From Vibrio vulnificus CMCP6 (GTDB lineage Bacteria; Pseudomonadota; Gammaproteobacteria; Enterobacterales; Vibrionaceae): a DNA stretch of 32,000 nucleotides. Both the position numbers and the translations under genes were made by a program. Location of the stretch: positions 2,721,127 to 2,753,126 of the forward strand of contig NC_004459.3 of the NCBI RefSeq assembly GCF_000039765.1, written 5' to 3'. Under the pieces are notes generated by a model. That model saw only the letters and a program-made list of their open reading frames with translations, was not told the origin of the DNA and did not search any database. Below, piece by piece: positions 18,642 through 27,594 of this stretch; within the stretch, counting starts at the first letter, position 1, and each line of letters opens with the position of its first letter.

Positions 18642-19773
18642 GTTGTTCAAAGCGGAGATAAAAGCCCTTTTCACCAACCCGGTGGTGACACTCACCGTCT
18701 TTGGTGGTGTGGTTTTCTATTCATTCCTATACCCGCTTCCGTACGCGAATCAAACCCCTCGGGAACAGACAATATCCGTCGTAAATCTCGACATGAGCGC
18801 CACGAGTCTCAAGCTGGAACGTATGGTCGATGCAACACCACAAGTGCATGTTGTCCGTCGCGACTATACGATTGAAGCGGCAAAACAAGCGTTCCTAGAG
18901 GGAAAAATCAGCGGCATATTGGTAATTCCAGAGCATTTTTATCGTGATTTGTTGCTTGGAAAAAGCCCGACACTCTCCTATGCAGGCGACGCCTCTTACT
19001 TTTTGGTCTATGGCACGGTGGTTGAAGGTCTGGCCCAGACCGGAGGCACTTTAGCTGCACAAGTGAAAGTCTCCAAACTGATCATGGACGGTGTGCCCCT
19101 TTCTCTGGCAGCCAACCAATACAGTGCGGTAAAGCTAAATCTGAAACCGACCTTTAACCCTACCATGGGATACGTTGAGTATGTTGTGCCCGCGGTGTTT
19201 GTGCTGATCCTTCAGCAGACCTTAATCATGGCGGCGGGTTTGATGGTTGGCACGCAAAAACATGGTCACGGATACTGGACTAGCCAACCTCGTTGGAAGC
19301 TACTCGCTGTTAGAACTCTGGTATTGGTTGGTGTGTACTACCTTTTAAGCGCGTACTATTTTGGTGCCAGCTTTACCATGCATCAGGTCAACACTTTAGG
19401 CCACGCTACCCAGCTGTTGGCGCTCTTGTTACCCTTCCTCATCGCGTCGTGTTTGGCTGGCTATTGGTTGGGCGAGCTGTTGCCGCGACGAGAGCTTGTC
19501 ACCCTCGTGGTGCTGATTAGCTCAATGCCACTGATCTTCTTAGCAGGTTTCATTTGGCCTGTAGAGATGATACCAACACCGCTACTATGGCTAGCACAAC
19601 TGAGCCCAAGCACCAACGCGATCAAAGGATTCTTAGCCCTCAATCAAATGGGCGCGAGTTGGCAACAAATCGCCAACTATTGGAGCACCTTGTGGTTAGT
19701 GGCCGCGTTTTGGTTGGTACTTTGTCTCTTCCAAACCGTTCAACAACGACGCGCAGCTAAAAGACTGGTTTAA
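18628..19773 (+). CDS. ABC-2 type transporter permease (second)
   Basis: 381 aa with the same layout as the preceding permease; LAQLSPSTNAIKGFLALNQMG. Overlaps the previous gene by 14 nt. Confidence 0.8.
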   Translation: MSLFELFKAEIKALFTNPVVTLTVFGGVVFYSFLYPLPYANQTPREQTISVVNLDMSATSLKLERMVDATPQVHVVRRDYTIEAAKQAFLEGKISGILVIPEHFYRDLLLGKSPTLSYAGDASYFLVYGTVVEGLAQTGGTLAAQVKVSKLIMDGVPLSLAANQYSAVKLNLKPTFNPTMGYVEYVVPAVFVLILQQTLIMAAGLMVGTQKHGHGYWTSQPRWKLLAVRTLVLVGVYYLLSAYYFGASFTMHQVNTLGHATQLLALLLPFLIASCLAGYWLGELLPRRELVTLVVLISSMPLIFLAGFIWPVEMIPTPLLWLAQLSPSTNAIKGFLALNQMGASWQQIANYWSTLWLVAAFWLVLCLFQTVQQRRAAKRLV

Positions 19774-19802
19774 CGGTCTAACACCCGACCATTGATATGC
19801 AA

Positions 19803-19829
19803 AAAGGCTCACTAATTTGAGCCTTTATC
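19803..19829 (+). terminator. Terminator after the exporter operon
   Basis: AAAGGCTCA-CTAATT-TGAGCCTTT. Confidence 0.7.
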
Positions 19830-19951
19830 AATTGTGAGACAGGTAAAGATCGAGTGACTTAACACTTCTCACAGTAAAAACTTCGATCCATTGAGAATAT
19901 CTATAAGTTATAAACCACACATAATGATAAGTAGAAGAGCGACCATTTTTT

Positions 19952-21139
19952 ATGGAAAAGGATATCCATTCATCGATTAGTCGTTTTAGCCAACTTATTG
20001 ATTCTCTCTACCAAGCTCCTGTTCATCCTCGTGGATTCGAACCGTTTCTAGAGCAAATGGTGGGCGAATTTCGTTTGGCCGACGCAGTCTTTCATATTCA
20101 GTCAAACTACCGCGGAGAGCTGGTTTCAGGCTGGATGGCCGGCCCACAAATTGATGCCGTCATTGAATACATAGAGCAAGACCTCGCGCGCGGCAATATC
20201 ATTAACGACTTCATCGCCACAAACCCCATCGGGCGATTTTATTCTTTAGATAAACATATCGGTAGACAACACGACTTAACCCCGCAAGAGCAGAAAGTCG
20301 AAGACTGGTTTGACCGCCACGGTTTTTGCGATGTTGCTACCGCTTTGATTGGCCATGCAGATGGCAACATTGCCTTCCTCACTGTGCATCGAAACCAAAG
20401 TGAGTCACCACTGGATGAAACCGAACTTTATCTATTGGAAAAGCTGGTCCCTCACATTCAACGTGCCTTTACGCTTTATCAGCAGTTCAAAACCTCACAG
20501 CAATACACTAATAATCTTACCCAAATCATCAGCCAGTTGCCTCACGCAGCGCTGCTTTATGACAGCAAAGGCGCTTACGTTGCCGCTAATCACAAAGCGA
20601 AAGATCTCATCGCGTTGCAGGAAAACGTTAAGTTGTTACCTAGTGAGCTCAGCTTCCGTGACGCCAGATTACGCCATGAGTTTCTGCTCAATATTCAAGA
20701 AACACTGCATCTTGTCAGAGTCAAAAACCAGGATGCGTGTAAGGTGATGCATCTGTCTTCACAACGTGGTGGGCTAACGCTACTGTTTGTCGCAATCGGC
20801 TTGGAAGCGCAAACTATTCCACAAGGCTATCCTCTCGCCGCGGAATCCAATCAGCTTATGGAAGAAGGCATTGGCTGCATCATTTATCTCTACGATAGAG
20901 AAAAAAGTGCGACACTCAACCCGACTCTCCTCAAGCCGATTTTCAATTTTACCGATGCGGAAACCGAAGTTTGCCAATTGTTGACGTTAGGCTACAGCCG
21001 AGATGAAATTGCTCAACTCAGTTACCGCTCTCCTCACACCATCAAAGATCACATCAAATCTATCTACAGTAAAACCGGCACAGGCAAACAATCTGATCTG
21101 ATTGCCACCATTCTGACCAGTCCAGCACATACCCCCTAA
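19952..21139 (+). CDS. LuxR-family HTH transcriptional regulator with an unassigned N-terminal sensory region
   Basis: C-terminal FTDAETEVCQLLTLGYSRDEIAQLSYRSPHTIKDHIKSIYSKTGTGKQSDLIATIL. Confidence 0.85.
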   Translation: MEKDIHSSISRFSQLIDSLYQAPVHPRGFEPFLEQMVGEFRLADAVFHIQSNYRGELVSGWMAGPQIDAVIEYIEQDLARGNIINDFIATNPIGRFYSLDKHIGRQHDLTPQEQKVEDWFDRHGFCDVATALIGHADGNIAFLTVHRNQSESPLDETELYLLEKLVPHIQRAFTLYQQFKTSQQYTNNLTQIISQLPHAALLYDSKGAYVAANHKAKDLIALQENVKLLPSELSFRDARLRHEFLLNIQETLHLVRVKNQDACKVMHLSSQRGGLTLLFVAIGLEAQTIPQGYPLAAESNQLMEEGIGCIIYLYDREKSATLNPTLLKPIFNFTDAETEVCQLLTLGYSRDEIAQLSYRSPHTIKDHIKSIYSKTGTGKQSDLIATILTSPAHTP

Positions 21140-21149
21140 ATGGGGGATG
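21128..21149 (+). terminator. Terminator-like hairpin at the end of the LuxR-type gene
   Basis: CCCCC-TAAAT-GGGGG with flanking CAT/ATG; weak U tract. Confidence 0.4.
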
Positions 21150-21281
21150 TTTCATATTGACAAAATGAATTAATGTAAGTGCAAATATTCACTGATTTTT
21201 TAGCGTAGATGGCTGGAAATTGAGCAAGGATGGCTCATTTGAAGAACTCACATTTCGCTCTGGATATTGGGTTCTACTCTA

Positions 21282-21313
21282 AGTGGCTCCGGCACAGAGC
21301 CACTGAATTTTTT
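21282..21313 (+). terminator. Rho-independent terminator with no associated annotated gene
   Basis: AGTGGCTC-CGGCACA-GAGCCACT-GAA-TTTTTT. Confidence 0.65.
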
Positions 21314-21441
21314 CTTGCCATGAAATAGATGTGAATGACGAATTTCCGCACCTTCGTATTGCTGCCTTACTCCATCATCAATGTGACATGGAAGACAAGT
21401 AGCCAAGCATAAAAATAACACCGTCATTGGCTAGCGGAATA

Positions 21442-21472
21442 AACAAGGCCCAGCGTTACGCTGGGCCTTGTT
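21442..21472. terminator. Bidirectional terminator, perfect 14-bp stem
   Basis: AACAAGGCCCAGCG-TTA-CGCTGGGCCTTGTT. Confidence 0.85.
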
Positions 21473-21497
21473 GTTTCTGTTGGTATCAAAAAGAAAA

Positions 21498-22241
21498 TTA
21501 CTGCAATCCTAAATCTTGCGTAATGGTTCGAATTTGTTTCAAATCCATTTTGTACACTTCGATAAGCTGATCGATCTGGCTTAAACGGGACGACGCTTCA
21601 TCTTGTTTGTCACACGCATCTGACTTAGCATCCCAGGATTTCCCAGCCAAATAGACTTCACATTCACTCTTCAGCTTGTCAAAAGCGGGCACCAAAGTCT
21701 CGCGCTCTTTTTCCAACTTCTCAAGATCTTGGCTAATCTCCATCTCACGACGAAACAGCTCGCGAGATCGCTCAAACATATTCGCCTGCATATCCGCTTG
21801 ACGGTTGAGTTTTTCATTCTCAACTTGGGTAGAATCAATGCGAGACTGTTGTGTTTTCAATTGCCCTTCCAGAGCGATGTTAAGCTTTTCCATCTCTGTT
21901 AGTTGATTCTGCAACTTTTCGATTTCTGCCTGATGCTCTTTCTGACGAATTGCAAGTTCACTCTCCAACTTCGCATCCAGTTCTTTATCTAGCTCGGCTT
22001 CACGCGTTTGCAAATTTGCCACCAGCGTACTTCGATCATCAACGGTCGACTTATATTGCTGTTCTAGCGTCTGGTAATTTGCTTCCCATTTCTTGGCAGT
22101 AAAATGTGAGCCGAGTAATCCACCAAAGGCCATGCCTAAAATGGCTGCAACCGCTATATAGACAACCGTTTTGTTATCACGCTCTTCAATCACGACCACA
22201 TCATCTTGATCGTCATGATGATTATTTGACGATGTCACCAC
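21498..22241 (-). CDS. Hypothetical coiled-coil protein with one N-terminal TM segment
   Basis: 247 aa; VVYIAVAAILGMAFGGLLGSHF then a long heptad-rich region. Confidence 0.75.
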   Translation of the reverse strand: MVTSSNNHHDDQDDVVVIEERDNKTVVYIAVAAILGMAFGGLLGSHFTAKKWEANYQTLEQQYKSTVDDRSTLVANLQTREAELDKELDAKLESELAIRQKEHQAEIEKLQNQLTEMEKLNIALEGQLKTQQSRIDSTQVENEKLNRQADMQANMFERSRELFRREMEISQDLEKLEKERETLVPAFDKLKSECEVYLAGKSWDAKSDACDKQDEASSRLSQIDQLIEVYKMDLKQIRTITQDLGLQ

Positions 22242-22267
22242 ATTTCACTCCAATATGAATTACTAAG

Positions 22268-22426
22268 CTACTTAATCAGCTCGCTCGCAACCAGAACAAT
22301 CGTATAGACGGCAAATATCCCTAGCAACGTCACAACAATCCCTTTCTGAATTTTTTCGTTGGTGCGATATCTCAGCAAAAAGTAAGCCAATACAATGAGA
22401 ACCACAATTGCTATCAGTCTTATCAT
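22268..22426 (-). CDS. Small membrane protein, 52 aa (not in the supplied ORF track)
   Basis: MIRLIAIVVLIVLAYFLLRYRTNEKIQKGIVVTLLGIFAVYTIVLVASELIK; SD AAGGA 6 nt before ATG; 26 bp before the downstream coiled-coil gene. Confidence 0.65.
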   Translation of the reverse strand: MIRLIAIVVLIVLAYFLLRYRTNEKIQKGIVVTLLGIFAVYTIVLVASELIK

Positions 22427-22595
22427 TCTTCATCCTTACCGAACAAAACCAATCTATTAGCCTTTGCATTGTACTCTATTTCTCGCAGTGAACACGTCAA
22501 CTTCCGGTAGTTTTTTCTCGATTCGCGTAATAATTACTCAAACGATATTTTTGTTGATGACATCACAAAAGTTATTGGTTAGGATTCGCCTACAG

Positions 22596-22618
22596 ATTGC
22601 CTGAATAGTTCAGGCAAT
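22596..22618. promoter_or_regulatory. 10-bp perfect hairpin just upstream of the riboswitch
   Basis: ATTGCCTGAA-TAG-TTCAGGCAAT, ending 14 nt before aptamer 1. Confidence 0.45.
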
Positions 22619-22632
22619 TGTTCCGATGAAGG

Positions 22633-22848
22633 CTACAGGAGAGTGGTAATTAACCATATTTTAACATTTGGTTAGTCATACCCGCCGAAGAAGTAAATCT
22701 TTCAGGTGCAATATTCTTATTGGTTATATCAAGAGAATATGCGAGGACTGTAGTTGGAGGAACCTCTGGAGAGAACCGTTAAATCGGTCGCCGAAGGAGC
22801 AAGTCCTGCCCATGTGCAGGGTGAAACTCTCAGGCAAAAGGACAGAGG
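22633..22848 (+). promoter_or_regulatory. Tandem glycine riboswitch (aptamer 1: 22633-22753; aptamer 2: 22763-22848)
   Basis: Aptamer 1 P1 CTACAG/CTGTAG with CGCCGAAGAAGTAAATCTTTCAGG...GGAC. Aptamer 2 P1 CCTCTG/CAGAGG with GGAGAGA...CGCCGAAGGAGCAAG...GAAACTCTCAGGCAAAAGGAC. Nine-nt linker. Upstream of an AGCS symporter as in V. cholerae. Confidence 0.95.
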
Positions 22849-22992
22849 AGTGGAAAGTTATACCCCAACATGCACCTTTTCTTTTGTGGCTTGAGCTTTC
22901 GGCCGCAATGTTTTGCTTTGTTGGCCCATTTTAGATCCTCGATCTTTACCTTTCCCTCTTCTCCTTATTAGTTGTTTTATTAAGGGGAAATC

Positions 22993-24369
22993 ATGAACGA
23001 CCTTCAATCTTTACTACAAACTATCGATAGCTTTGTCTGGGGACCACCTTTGCTGATTCTTCTGGTCGGCACCGGAGTCTATTTCACATTTAGCCTAGGC
23101 TTAATTCAGTTTAAGCACCTACCGACTGCACTTGCGATGGTGTTTAGTAAAGACAAATCCACACAACAGCAAGGTGATGTTTCTAGCTTTGCCGCGTTGT
23201 GTACCGCCCTTTCTGCCACCATTGGTACAGGTAATATTGTTGGCGTGGCCACCGCGATTAAATTGGGTGGCCCTGGTGCTCTTTTTTGGATGTGGCTCGC
23301 CGCTTTGTTTGGTATGGCGACCAAATACGCGGAGTGCTTGCTGGCGGTTAAATATCGCAAAGTAGACGATAAAGGCCAAATGGTTGGTGGCCCGATGTAC
23401 TACCTTCAATACGGTGTCGGCTCTAAAGCATTAGCAATCATGTTTGCTATTTTTGCGCTAGGCGTTGCTTGTTTTGGTATCGGTACTTTCCCACAAGTTA
23501 ACGCGATTTTAGACGCGAGTGAGATTTCACTGGGCGTATCTCGAGAGATTTCTGCGTCGGTACTGACTCTGCTTGTCGCATTTGTCACATTAGGCGGCAT
23601 TAAATCTATCGCAAGCGTCGCGGGCAAAGTGGTTCCAGCCATGGCACTCTTTTATGTGTTGGCGTGTTTGAGTGTCATCATCATGAACGCCGATCAATTG
23701 CTCAACGCGATTGAGTTGGTCTTGGTTTCGGCATTTACCTCCACGGCGGCCACGGGTGGCTTCTTGGGCGCGAGTATCATGTTGGCCATTCAATCGGGCA
23801 TTGCTCGTGGTGTATTCTCAAACGAATCTGGTTTAGGAAGTGCGCCGATGGCAGCAGCCGCAGCCAAAACTGACTCTTGTGTGAAACAAGGTTTAATCTC
23901 AATGACAGGCACCTTCTTCGACACTATCGTTATTTGTACGATGACCGGTCTTGCTCTTATTTTGACGGGTGCTTGGCAAAGTGACTTTGCTGGTGCCGCG
24001 ATGACAACACATGCCTTTGCTGTGGGTTTACAAGCAGATACCTTGGGACCAATGTTGGTGTCAATTGGCCTGATGTTCTTTGCATTTACCACCATTTTGG
24101 GCTGGAACTATTACGGTGAGCGTTGCGTCGTATTTCTACTTGGTACCAGAGCAATCCTGCCTTACAAGATCATCTTTCTCGCATTGGTGGCTTCAGGCGC
24201 GTTTATGCAATTGGATATGATTTGGATCTTGGCCGATATCGTCAATGGTCTTATGGCAATTCCTAACCTTATTGGTTTGATCGCGTTGCGCCATGTGGTG
24301 ATTGAAGAAACGAAGCTGTTCTTCAATCCCTCTTCTCAGTCAGACGACTTTGACGCCGTTAAAGCCTAA
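22993..24369 (+). CDS. Alanine/glycine:cation symporter (AGCS family)
   Basis: 458 aa; GTGNIVGVATAIKLGGPGALFWMWLAALFGMATKYAE, GGPMYYLQYG, FSNESGLGSAPMAAAAAKT. Confidence 0.92.
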   Translation: MNDLQSLLQTIDSFVWGPPLLILLVGTGVYFTFSLGLIQFKHLPTALAMVFSKDKSTQQQGDVSSFAALCTALSATIGTGNIVGVATAIKLGGPGALFWMWLAALFGMATKYAECLLAVKYRKVDDKGQMVGGPMYYLQYGVGSKALAIMFAIFALGVACFGIGTFPQVNAILDASEISLGVSREISASVLTLLVAFVTLGGIKSIASVAGKVVPAMALFYVLACLSVIIMNADQLLNAIELVLVSAFTSTAATGGFLGASIMLAIQSGIARGVFSNESGLGSAPMAAAAAKTDSCVKQGLISMTGTFFDTIVICTMTGLALILTGAWQSDFAGAAMTTHAFAVGLQADTLGPMLVSIGLMFFAFTTILGWNYYGERCVVFLLGTRAILPYKIIFLALVASGAFMQLDMIWILADIVNGLMAIPNLIGLIALRHVVIEETKLFFNPSSQSDDFDAVKA

Positions 24370-24392
24370 TCGTTAAGTTCTAACACAAAAAA

Positions 24393-24425
24393 GCCCGCTG
24401 TCACTTCGTGATCGCGGGCGTTTTT
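24393..24425 (+). terminator. Rho-independent terminator
   Basis: GCCCGC-TG-TCAC-TTC-GTGA-TC-GCGGGC then GTTTTT. Confidence 0.85.
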
Positions 24426-24468
24426 ATTGCTGTTGTGGATAGATGCTCTCAAGCACAATCTTGTCTGT

Positions 24469-25032
24469 TTAATCTCTTAGCCACTGCTCCACCTCAACGC
24501 CCTGCTTTTTGAAAAACGTCGGATGTTGCTGTTTAAATTGATCCGCTTTGATTTCGTTAATCGGCCATTGTGCAAAGCTTTCGATAATGAAGTCATCTTC
24601 AAAGCCAAATTCCAAGGACTTCAACTTGTTCCCAACATGGCGAAAGAGATAACCGTCACCACTAGCCTCACACTTCAACGGGACGTGCGTCATAGGCGCC
24701 CCATTTACCGAAACCGAGGCCCACTCACTAGAAGTCGCGTTACACTTAGCCGCTTTAAACACGTCAATTTCGAACTTGTTGTCCAACGTGGTTGAAACAA
24801 AAACCGCAATGTCATCTTCCAAATAGACTCGCCTCAATAGCAATTGTTTGGTGTCTTGAGTCCGAGTCTGTTGAATGCCATTCGAGAATGGCAGGAAATA
24901 CGCCCAATGCCACTGCCAGTCCATACCTTTCGACGCAAAATTTAACTGAGGCACAGTTTTCAAAGCGACAAAGGCAGCAAAGCCACTTAGAAAGATCACC
25001 GATACCAAAGAAACACTGGTGAGTAAACGCAT
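24469..25032 (-). CDS. Hypothetical exported or membrane-anchored protein
   Basis: 187 aa with an N-terminal hydrophobic segment; start overlaps the stop of the LysE gene (TGATG). Confidence 0.65.
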   Translation of the reverse strand: MRLLTSVSLVSVIFLSGFAAFVALKTVPQLNFASKGMDWQWHWAYFLPFSNGIQQTRTQDTKQLLLRRVYLEDDIAVFVSTTLDNKFEIDVFKAAKCNATSSEWASVSVNGAPMTHVPLKCEASGDGYLFRHVGNKLKSLEFGFEDDFIIESFAQWPINEIKADQFKQQHPTFFKKQGVEVEQWLRD

Positions 25033-25667
25033 CAGACTGGCTTTTCAACCAAAAGTTTAATACCAAGAGCCACCAAAACGGCCCCTGTTGCGCCTTCCAT
25101 CCATTTCATGAACTGCGCATTTTTCAAAAGATTTTTCGCTGAGTTCAACGCACCAGCCAACCCACATTGCCACACCATCGCTATGACGAAATGAATTCCC
25201 GCCATCGTCATTGATTGTAAGAGAGGTGAACCCTCTGGATTAACAAACTGTGGCAAAAACGCCAAATAGAAGACCGCCGTTTTAGGATTGAGCACATTCG
25301 ACAAAAAACCTTCTCGCAACGAGCGTTTTGCGTCGTAACTTTGCTGTGCCATCTGCGCGACGCTTAACCCTGCACCACTTGTCATCAAAGACTTCAAGCT
25401 ACTAAAGCCCAGCCAAATAAGGTAAGCCGCCCCGATCATTTTTACAAATTGAAACAGCTCCGCTGACTGCGCCAAAATGGCTGAAATCCCAATGGCAGAA
25501 AACAGCGCGTGCACAAACAAACCGCAGCAAATGCCTAAACTCGTCATGCAGCCATCTTGCAAGCCAGCACGAGTCGTATTGCGAATGACCAATGCCGTAT
25601 CTAGCCCCGGAGTTAACGTTAAGATGGTAATGGCGATTAAAAAGGCTTCAAAATTTAAAATGTCCAT
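25032..25667 (-). CDS. LysE/RhtB family translocator
   Basis: 211 aa; LTLTPGLDTALVIRNTTRAGLQDG...LGICCGLFVHALFSAIGISAI. Confidence 0.88.
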   Translation of the reverse strand: MDILNFEAFLIAITILTLTPGLDTALVIRNTTRAGLQDGCMTSLGICCGLFVHALFSAIGISAILAQSAELFQFVKMIGAAYLIWLGFSSLKSLMTSGAGLSVAQMAQQSYDAKRSLREGFLSNVLNPKTAVFYLAFLPQFVNPEGSPLLQSMTMAGIHFVIAMVWQCGLAGALNSAKNLLKNAQFMKWMEGATGAVLVALGIKLLVEKPV

Positions 25668-25905
25668 ATATTGTCTGAATTATGTTGGAAGTGTGAAGAT
25701 CAATACTCTTTATTGATTCGTTACGCAAGCAAATCAAGGAACACGGCGTTGCCAGAGTGTTGTATAAATGAGATGAATTATGGAAAATGCACTTTTCGCT
25801 TTAAGTTATAAGCTTTAAAGCGTTACAGGAACCCTAATCACTCAGCGAAAACGCGCACAACGTAATTAGGGAGATATGGAAAGAATAACGATAAAGAGAC
25901 GTCAC

Positions 25906-27378
25906 ATGAGCGCATTTCAACAACTCCTAGACCACTCCCAGAAGGTCTCTCACTTTGAACATTTAAGTGCCATTGTAGGATGGGACCAAGCCGCAGTCAT
26001 GCCATCCGGAGGCGCTGAAGCGCGCTCAAACGCAATGGCAGAGCTGTCAGTACACATCCACTCTCTAATGACCCAACCACAGCTTGGTGATCTTTTTGCT
26101 AAGGCAGAAGAAGAAAATCTCTCTGTCGAACAAAGCGCGGTATTGCGTGAAATGAAACGAGACTGGCAACAAGCAAACCTGCTGCCAGAATCCTTAGTGC
26201 AAGCGCAATCTCTAGCGGGTTCTAAGTGTGAGCACGCGTGGCGCACTCAGCGTGGCAACAACGATTGGCAAGGTTTTGAAAAAAACTGGGCGGAAGTGGT
26301 GACATTGTCACGTGAAGAGGCACAAATTCGTGCTGAAGCAAAAGGCGTATCGGCTTATGATGCAATGCTGGATATCTACGAACCTGGCACCACCACAGCG
26401 TCACTTGACCAATTATTCAGTGATGTAAAAACGTGGTTGCCATCGATGATTGATCAAGCCATCGAAAAGCAAATATCCGGTCAGATCCAATTGCCAAATG
26501 GCCACTACCCTGCAGAAAAACAGAAAGCACTTGGCCTCGATGTAATGAAATTGCTTCAGTTTGATTTCGAACACGGGCGTCTCGATGAGAGCGTTCATCC
26601 TTTCTGTGGCGGCGTGCCTAGTGACGTGCGTATCACCACTCGATACGACGAAAAAGAGTTTGTGCAATCACTGATGGGCATTGTGCATGAAACGGGTCAC
26701 GCTCGGTATGAGCAAGGTTTGCCCAAAGCGTTCGCTGGAACATCCGCAGGCCAAGCACGCTCGATGGGCATTCATGAGTCACAATCACTGTTTTTTGAAA
26801 TGCAATTGGGCCGTAGCCCTGCATTTGTTGAGCATTTAGCACAACTCGCCACCAACTACTTCCAAGGTGACGAGTTCAAAACCGACAACCTTGCTAAAAT
26901 CTATACTCGTGTAGAAAAAGGCTATATTCGTGTCGATGCCGACGAGCTGACGTACCCAGCGCACGTGATTTTGCGTTATGAAATCGAACGAGATTTGATG
27001 AATGGCGTGATTAAGCACACCGACGTGCCAGAGCTTTGGAACGAGAAAATGAAGTCCTATCTCGGCCTATCAACCGAAGGCAACTACAAAAATGGTTGTA
27101 TGCAGGATATCCATTGGACAGATGGCTCATTTGGCTATTTCCCTTCATACACATTAGGGGCGATGTATGCGGCCCAGTTCATGGCAGCGATGAAGCAAAG
27201 CGTTGATGTAGACAGCGTTGTTCGTTCTGGCGATTTGACACCCATCTTCACGTGGCTATCAGACCATATTTGGAGCAAAGGCAGCTTGTTGACCACGGAC
27301 GAACTTGTTAAGCAGGCAACCGGAGAAACACTCAATGCGAAGTTTTTCCAAGCACACTTACAAGCTCGTTATCTGTAG
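25906..27378 (+). CDS. Carboxypeptidase M32 (Taq-type)
   Basis: HETGHARYEQGLP active-site region, GIHESQSLFFEMQLGRS; start could be 25876. Confidence 0.92.
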   Translation: MSAFQQLLDHSQKVSHFEHLSAIVGWDQAAVMPSGGAEARSNAMAELSVHIHSLMTQPQLGDLFAKAEEENLSVEQSAVLREMKRDWQQANLLPESLVQAQSLAGSKCEHAWRTQRGNNDWQGFEKNWAEVVTLSREEAQIRAEAKGVSAYDAMLDIYEPGTTTASLDQLFSDVKTWLPSMIDQAIEKQISGQIQLPNGHYPAEKQKALGLDVMKLLQFDFEHGRLDESVHPFCGGVPSDVRITTRYDEKEFVQSLMGIVHETGHARYEQGLPKAFAGTSAGQARSMGIHESQSLFFEMQLGRSPAFVEHLAQLATNYFQGDEFKTDNLAKIYTRVEKGYIRVDADELTYPAHVILRYEIERDLMNGVIKHTDVPELWNEKMKSYLGLSTEGNYKNGCMQDIHWTDGSFGYFPSYTLGAMYAAQFMAAMKQSVDVDSVVRSGDLTPIFTWLSDHIWSKGSLLTTDELVKQATGETLNAKFFQAHLQARYL

Positions 27379-27389
27379 CTGATCCCCTT

Positions 27390-27418
27390 CAAAGAGCAGC
27401 CATCGCTGCTCTTTGTTC
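27390..27418 (+). terminator. Rho-independent terminator
   Basis: CAAAGAGCAGC-CATC-GCTGCTCTTTG then TT. Confidence 0.75.
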
Positions 27419-27594
27419 TATGCACAAACAAAACCTATTATTTTCATTACGTTGCCATCCTTCTGTTAATCATTTTACCAATAATCTTCTTACTCTAATT
27501 CTTTTACCTTCGTTACAAAAATGTGAACAAATTACTTTATTAGAGCGATTACTTTAGTAGACTGCGAGCAAATCTTCTCATATCAGGGGGCCTC

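Noticed and set aside
25798-25824. Inverted repeat CGCTTTAA ... TTAAAGCG before the M32 carboxypeptidase gene
   Set aside because: AT-rich 8-bp arms in a promoter-like region; not distinctive without conservation data.
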